A stretch of 64,000 bases of DNA. It comes from an uncultured delta proteobacterium. GTDB taxonomy: Bacteria > Myxococcota_A > Polyangia > Haliangiales > Haliangiaceae. The DNA lies in contig CAWKDB010000002.1 in assembly GCA_963848295.1 (NCBI GenBank), positions 1,408,001 through 1,472,000 of the forward strand, given 5' to 3'. Positions 59,745 through 64,000 of the stretch are shown in pieces (the stretch's first letter is position 1; every line of letters starts with the position of its first letter). The position numbers and the translations under genes were made by a program. Under the pieces are notes generated by a model. The model saw only the letters and a program-made list of their open reading frames with translations. It was not told the origin of the DNA and made no database searches.

Positions 59745-62267
59745 CTACTTGAACCGCAGCTCGAACGGCAAGCGCTCCTGCGCCGCTTCCGGCGCGAGCA
59801 ACAACGACGCCGGGACGCTGCGCAGCAACTCGCGTAGCGCGGGGATCGCGAGCGGCGATGCATCGACCTGCTCGATGCCGAGCAACGACTCGAGGACGCC
59901 GAGCACGTTCGGCGGCGGGCGCGGCAGCCCGATCGTCTCGACCTGTGTCTCCGCCGACAGGTGCGCCGCGTGCTTCGCTTCCGCGATCGCATCGCCGAGC
60001 CCGCCGAGCTGATCGACGAGGCGCAACCCGATCGCCTGCGCGCCGGTGTAGACGTGGCCGCGCCCGACCTTGTCGACGTCGTTCTTCGACATGTGGCGGC
60101 CTTCGGCGACCGCGCCGACAAATCGGCCATACATGTAGCGCAGCTCCTCGAGCATCACCGCGCGCTCCTCGTCGGTGTACGGCCGGAAGTTGCTGTCGAG
60201 ATCGGCGCGCTTGCCGCGCGTGTAGGTCGACGTTGTGACCCCGACCTTCTCGAGCAGGCCGCTGACGTCGAACTTGCCGTGGTAGATTCCGATCGAGCCG
60301 GTGATCGTCATCGGCTCGGCGAAGATCTTGTCGCAACCGGCGGCGACGAAGTAGCCGCCCGACGCGGCGTAGTCGCCCATCGAACAGATGATCGGCTTGA
60401 TCTTGCGGGTCGCGAACACCTCGCGCGAGATCATCTCGGACGCGACCGCGCTGCCGCCGGGAGAGTTGATGCGCAGCACGATCGCGCCGATCCGCGGGTT
60501 CGCGCGCGCGAGCTCGATCGCGGCGATGATCGTTTCTGCGCCGGAGACCGGGTCGCCGATCAGCGGCAACGTTTGCGACTTGCCGTCGGTAATGTCGCCG
60601 TCGATATAGATCACCGCGACGCCCGGGCGCTGCCAGCGATCGGCGCGAGCGAGCGTCGGACCGTCCACCGGGTAGACCCGATGGAGCTCGCCCGCGATCA
60701 GCTCCGAGATCTTGTCCCGCGCGCCGACGCCGTCGACGAGCTCGGGTATCGATGCGAGATCGCCGGCGGTGTACGGCCCGTTGTCGACGAGCGCTTGCAA
60801 CCGCGCGCGGTCGAGCTTGCGGCTGTCGCCGACCTCGGTCAGCCAGCGATCCCACAGCGAGTCGACGACTTCGTCGTGCATCTTTGCCGCGACCTCGGTC
60901 GGCCCGGTCTCGGTGTACATCTCGGGCGCGCTCTTGAATTCGGCGACCTTGTCGAACTGCGGCACGATGCCGAACAGATCGAACGCGCCGCGGAAGTAGA
61001 ACGCGGTGCCCGCGAGCCCGACGAGATGGAGCTCGCCCGCCGGATCGACGTAGATCTTGTCGGCCGCGCTCGCGACGAAGTAGTCGCGCCCGGTCGCGGC
61101 GCCGAGGTAAGCGAACACTTTCTTGCCGCCGCGGCGGAGCGCGAGCAGCTCGCCGCGCAGCTCCTCGAGCGTTGCGAGCCCGCCTTCGACGCCGCTGAAC
61201 GTGACGACGACGGCCTTCGCGCTCGAATCCCGCCCGATCGCGCGAAACCGCTCGACGAGCTCGCTCAGCTGACGCGTAGCGATCTCGCCGGACAGGTCGA
61301 CGCGCTCGATGTGATCGTCGGGCGCGATCACCGATGCCGGCCCGAGCTCGGAGATCCGCGCGATCACCGTGCCACCGAGCGGATTGCGTGCACCGGTATC
61401 GCTGCGCAGCCCGGTCGCCAACGCGGTGACGCCGACCTGGCCGAACGAGAGCTCGACGCCGATCGTCGCGCGAATGTCGCGACCGTCTTGCTCGATAGTG
61501 CCGGTCGGCTGGTCGACGTAGGCGTAGAGCTGCCGGGTCTCGACCTGCGCGTGGACATACACGCCACGAGCGGCGCGGGCCGAGGCGCGGACCCATCCGT
61601 CGACGTCGCCGCGGGTCTCGCCGACCCTGCCCCCGATCGCGACCTCGAGGACGTCGGACTCGAGCGGACGGAGCGAAGCTTCGAGCTCGTAGCGGCGTTG
61701 CACCGGTGAGCCGCCGATGTCGCGGGTCGCGATGTCGCGCAACGCCGCGCCGAGCGCGAGGTAGTTACCGAACCGTCGCGCGATGCCGAGATCGAACGCG
61801 TTGATCCCGGAGGTCGCGCCGCCGCCGATGAAGTGGTGCCACGCGAGCCCCAGGCCGATGTCCCACGGCAGCATCGCCGCGCCGGTCGTCGTGAACCGAA
61901 ACGGCGTGCCCGGATCGGGCACCAGATCGGTCCGCGGTGGGCGCAGCCATTCGGCGCCGAGCCCGATGCCGAGCCGACGAAAGTACCGCCCGCCAAACGC
62001 ATAGCCGGCGAACGCGCCGAACCCCGGCCCGTCGCTGGTCGCGACGCTCGCGTCCTCGAAGTCCGCGACGAGCGACGCTTCGAGCCCGTGCAAGAACACG
62101 AGGCCGCCGGGATTCTCGGTCACCGTCCGCGCATCGAGCTCGCCGGCCAGCGGCGTGGTCGGCATCGCGACGCCGTCGGTCGGCTCGGCGGCGTATCGCC
62201 GATCGGCGGTTTGCGCGTGCGCGGTAGCGACCGTCGCGGTCAGCGTCGCGAGAACGGCGAAACGCAC
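59745..62267 (-). CDS. sppA: Signal peptide peptidase SppA (S49) with long N-terminal extension
   Basis: YFVASAADKI, FKSAPE, LRINSPGGSAVASE, SMG.YAASGGY, ITGSIG, GHVYTG.QA..L.LVD.LG. Confidence 0.93.
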   Translation of the reverse strand: MRFAVLATLTATVATAHAQTADRRYAAEPTDGVAMPTTPLAGELDARTVTENPGGLVFLHGLEASLVADFEDASVATSDGPGFGAFAGYAFGGRYFRRLGIGLGAEWLRPPRTDLVPDPGTPFRFTTTGAAMLPWDIGLGLAWHHFIGGGATSGINAFDLGIARRFGNYLALGAALRDIATRDIGGSPVQRRYELEASLRPLESDVLEVAIGGRVGETRGDVDGWVRASARAARGVYVHAQVETRQLYAYVDQPTGTIEQDGRDIRATIGVELSFGQVGVTALATGLRSDTGARNPLGGTVIARISELGPASVIAPDDHIERVDLSGEIATRQLSELVERFRAIGRDSSAKAVVVTFSGVEGGLATLEELRGELLALRRGGKKVFAYLGAATGRDYFVASAADKIYVDPAGELHLVGLAGTAFYFRGAFDLFGIVPQFDKVAEFKSAPEMYTETGPTEVAAKMHDEVVDSLWDRWLTEVGDSRKLDRARLQALVDNGPYTAGDLASIPELVDGVGARDKISELIAGELHRVYPVDGPTLARADRWQRPGVAVIYIDGDITDGKSQTLPLIGDPVSGAETIIAAIELARANPRIGAIVLRINSPGGSAVASEMISREVFATRKIKPIICSMGDYAASGGYFVAAGCDKIFAEPMTITGSIGIYHGKFDVSGLLEKVGVTTSTYTRGKRADLDSNFRPYTDEERAVMLEELRYMYGRFVGAVAEGRHMSKNDVDKVGRGHVYTGAQAIGLRLVDQLGGLGDAIAEAKHAAHLSAETQVETIGLPRPPPNVLGVLESLLGIEQVDASPLAIPALRELLRSVPASLLLAPEAAQERLPFELRFK

Positions 62268-62329
62268 TCGCGCACCGTAACATCACCTGAGCCACGCAGC
62301 GGCGGGGCACTCGGGATTATAATGGCAGC

Positions 62330-62794
62330 GTGCCGAACCCGACGCTGCTCGAGCGCCATCCGCTGCTGGTCAACCTCGCACCCGAGCAGATCGTGCGACT
62401 GTCGCGCGCGGGTGAGATCGAGAGCTACAACGCGGGCGAGCCGATCGTCGTTGAAGGCAGCCTCGGCGATGCGCTGTTCCTGATCCTGTCGGGGCAAGTC
62501 GCGGTCCACCGCGGCGCCCAGACCTTCGCGACGTTGTCCGGCGGCGAGTTCTTCGGCGAGATGTCGCTGGTCGAGCCCTCGCCGCGCTCGGCGACCGTGA
62601 CGTCGATGCAGGCGACGTTCTTGTTCCGGCTGCCGCACGATTCGCTCCGCCAGTTGATCAGCGACGATCCGCAGGCGTCGTCGGTGCTGCTCGTCCAGAT
62701 CGTGCGCACCCTGTCGGATCGGCTGCGCCGAGCGAATCACATGTTGTCGTCGGTCGACATGCTCGCGGACTGGCTCGCCGGCTCGATGGTCTAG
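62330..62794 (+). CDS. Stand-alone cyclic nucleotide-binding domain protein
   Basis: EG..GD.LF.I.SG.V, GEFFGEMSL..P.PRSATV. Confidence 0.93.
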   Translation: MPNPTLLERHPLLVNLAPEQIVRLSRAGEIESYNAGEPIVVEGSLGDALFLILSGQVAVHRGAQTFATLSGGEFFGEMSLVEPSPRSATVTSMQATFLFRLPHDSLRQLISDDPQASSVLLVQIVRTLSDRLRRANHMLSSVDMLADWLAGSMV

Positions 62795-62798
62795 GGGT

Positions 62799-63452
62799 TC
62801 AGCGCGACCCATCGCCGCCGGGCAGCCCGTACTGTGCCCCGGCGCCGGGTTGCTCCATCACCGGGTCGTGCATGATGGCCCAGATGCTCACGGCCATGAC
62901 GATCGCGCCGGCGCCCAACGTGATTCCGCCGGCGAGCGTGAGGTCGTTGCGATGGTTCGCGAGACCGACGGGTAGCAAGGCCGCGCCGGTGGCGAAAGAC
63001 GCGCCTCCGAACGTCGCGCCCAGCACGCCGAGGACGAAGCCGGCGCCGCCCGACTTGCGCCAGCCGAGCGCGCGACGATAGATCGTGGGCCGCGGAGACG
63101 CGAGCACGTGTACGACCTCGGTCCCGCCCGAGCCGCGCATCGGAAACGTCAGGACCTGCGGGCCCAGCGGCAGATCCAGGACGCAAGGCGACATGCACAC
63201 CGACTGGACCTCGAGCTCCTCCGTATCGAGGGACAGGTCATTCACCTGCTCGGTGACCTCGACCGACTTCACCACGTCCACCTGGGCCGGCCCGTTCACC
63301 ACGTCGACGTAGATCCGACCGCGCCCGGGAGGGACCGGGCTCGTCGAGGACGGCACGTCGGTCGGGCCGGGCGTCGCGACGGCGGGGAGTGTGTGGGTGC
63401 AGCCGGCAGCGGCGAGTGCGAGCAGAACGGCGCACCGGGAATCGATTCGCAT
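62799..63452 (-). CDS. Hypothetical lipoprotein with C-terminal TM pair
   Basis: AAG-C lipobox, C.SPC motif, two C-terminal hydrophobic helices. Confidence 0.7.
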   Translation of the reverse strand: MRIDSRCAVLLALAAAGCTHTLPAVATPGPTDVPSSTSPVPPGRGRIYVDVVNGPAQVDVVKSVEVTEQVNDLSLDTEELEVQSVCMSPCVLDLPLGPQVLTFPMRGSGGTEVVHVLASPRPTIYRRALGWRKSGGAGFVLGVLGATFGGASFATGAALLPVGLANHRNDLTLAGGITLGAGAIVMAVSIWAIMHDPVMEQPGAGAQYGLPGGDGSR

Positions 63453-64000
63453 CACCGCGCGAGCTCGAGGAGCTGCGCGATCGCGGCGTCCCATTCGGCG
63501 GGCTCGTCGCGGCGTTGCCGCAAGAACCGCTCGACCGCGGGATAGCGCGCGACCGCGGCATCGACCTTCGCGTCGCGGCCGGTCTGGTAGGCGCCGAGCG
63601 TGATCAAATCGCGATGCTCTTCGTAGATCGCGAGCTGTTCGCGCAACCGCGCGGCGGCTTCGGCGTGGCGCGGATCGGCGACCCACATCATCAGCCGCGA
63701 CACGCTCGCGACGACGTCGATCGGTGGGAAGTGGCCGCGCTGCGCTAGCCGGCGATCGAGCACGATGTGGCCATCGACGAGACTGCGCACCTCGTCCGCG
63801 ATCGGCTCGTCGAGATCGTTGCCCGCGACGAGCACGGTGTAGATCGCGGTGATCGCCCCGGTGGCGGTCGCACCCGCGCGCTCGATCAGCCGCGGCAGCA
63901 GCGCGAACACGCTCGGCGGATAACCGTGGCGCGCCGGCGGCTCGCCGGCCGACAGCCCGACCTCGCGCTGGGCTCGCGCGACGCGGGTCAGCGAATCGAC
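63452..64000 (-). CDS. FliI/YscN (SctN) type III export ATPase, 5'-partial
   Basis: DSLTR.ARAQREVGLSAGEPP..GYPPSVF..LPRL.ERAG, ITA.YTVLV.G.D.DEPIADEVRS..DGHIVL.R.LA..GHFP.ID...S.SR. Confidence 0.95.
   Translation of the reverse strand, partial: VDSLTRVARAQREVGLSAGEPPARHGYPPSVFALLPRLIERAGATATGAITAIYTVLVAGNDLDEPIADEVRSLVDGHIVLDRRLAQRGHFPPIDVVASVSRLMMWVADPRHAEAAARLREQLAIYEEHRDLITLGAYQTGRDAKVDAAVARYPAVERFLRQRRDEPAEWDAAIAQLLELAR

Overview
A very GC-rich bacterial window. The gene content (FHA-sigma54 activator, Cys-rich and MopE-repeat lipoproteins, long SppA, pseudokinase) suggests Myxococcota; this is an inference. Positions 1-13 kb are an accessory region: a DcrB/PsbP-like gene, a signal-peptide RHS/YD protein with an inserted domain and a Cys-rich C-terminus, an FG-GAP propeller, a small lipoprotein, an IS3 element split by a second complete IS, and a truncated lipoprotein. 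Positions 13-24 kb hold a pseudokinase, a ParE/RelE toxin-antitoxin pair between two copies of an NCS1 permease 3' end, and a frameshifted mdtABC RND pump. Positions 24-33 kb are an amino acid:[carrier protein] ligase operon with acyl-CoA dehydrogenase, DUF1839, AcpS, ACP, a GH2 and two hydrolase genes. Positions 33-64 kb are mostly housekeeping and envelope genes (ruvCAB, yggS, maf, RluA family, DUF72, sppA, partial FliI/YscN). The strongest candidate for an undescribed system is at 52.9-55.4 kb: two divergent four-helix-bundle (23S IVP/bAvd-like) genes, each preceded by a ~200-nt long hairpin with compensatory changes between the copies, set among three CGGCNN hexamer arrays. No rRNA, tRNA or CRISPR array was seen. 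All family calls come from reading motifs by eye, not from database searches.
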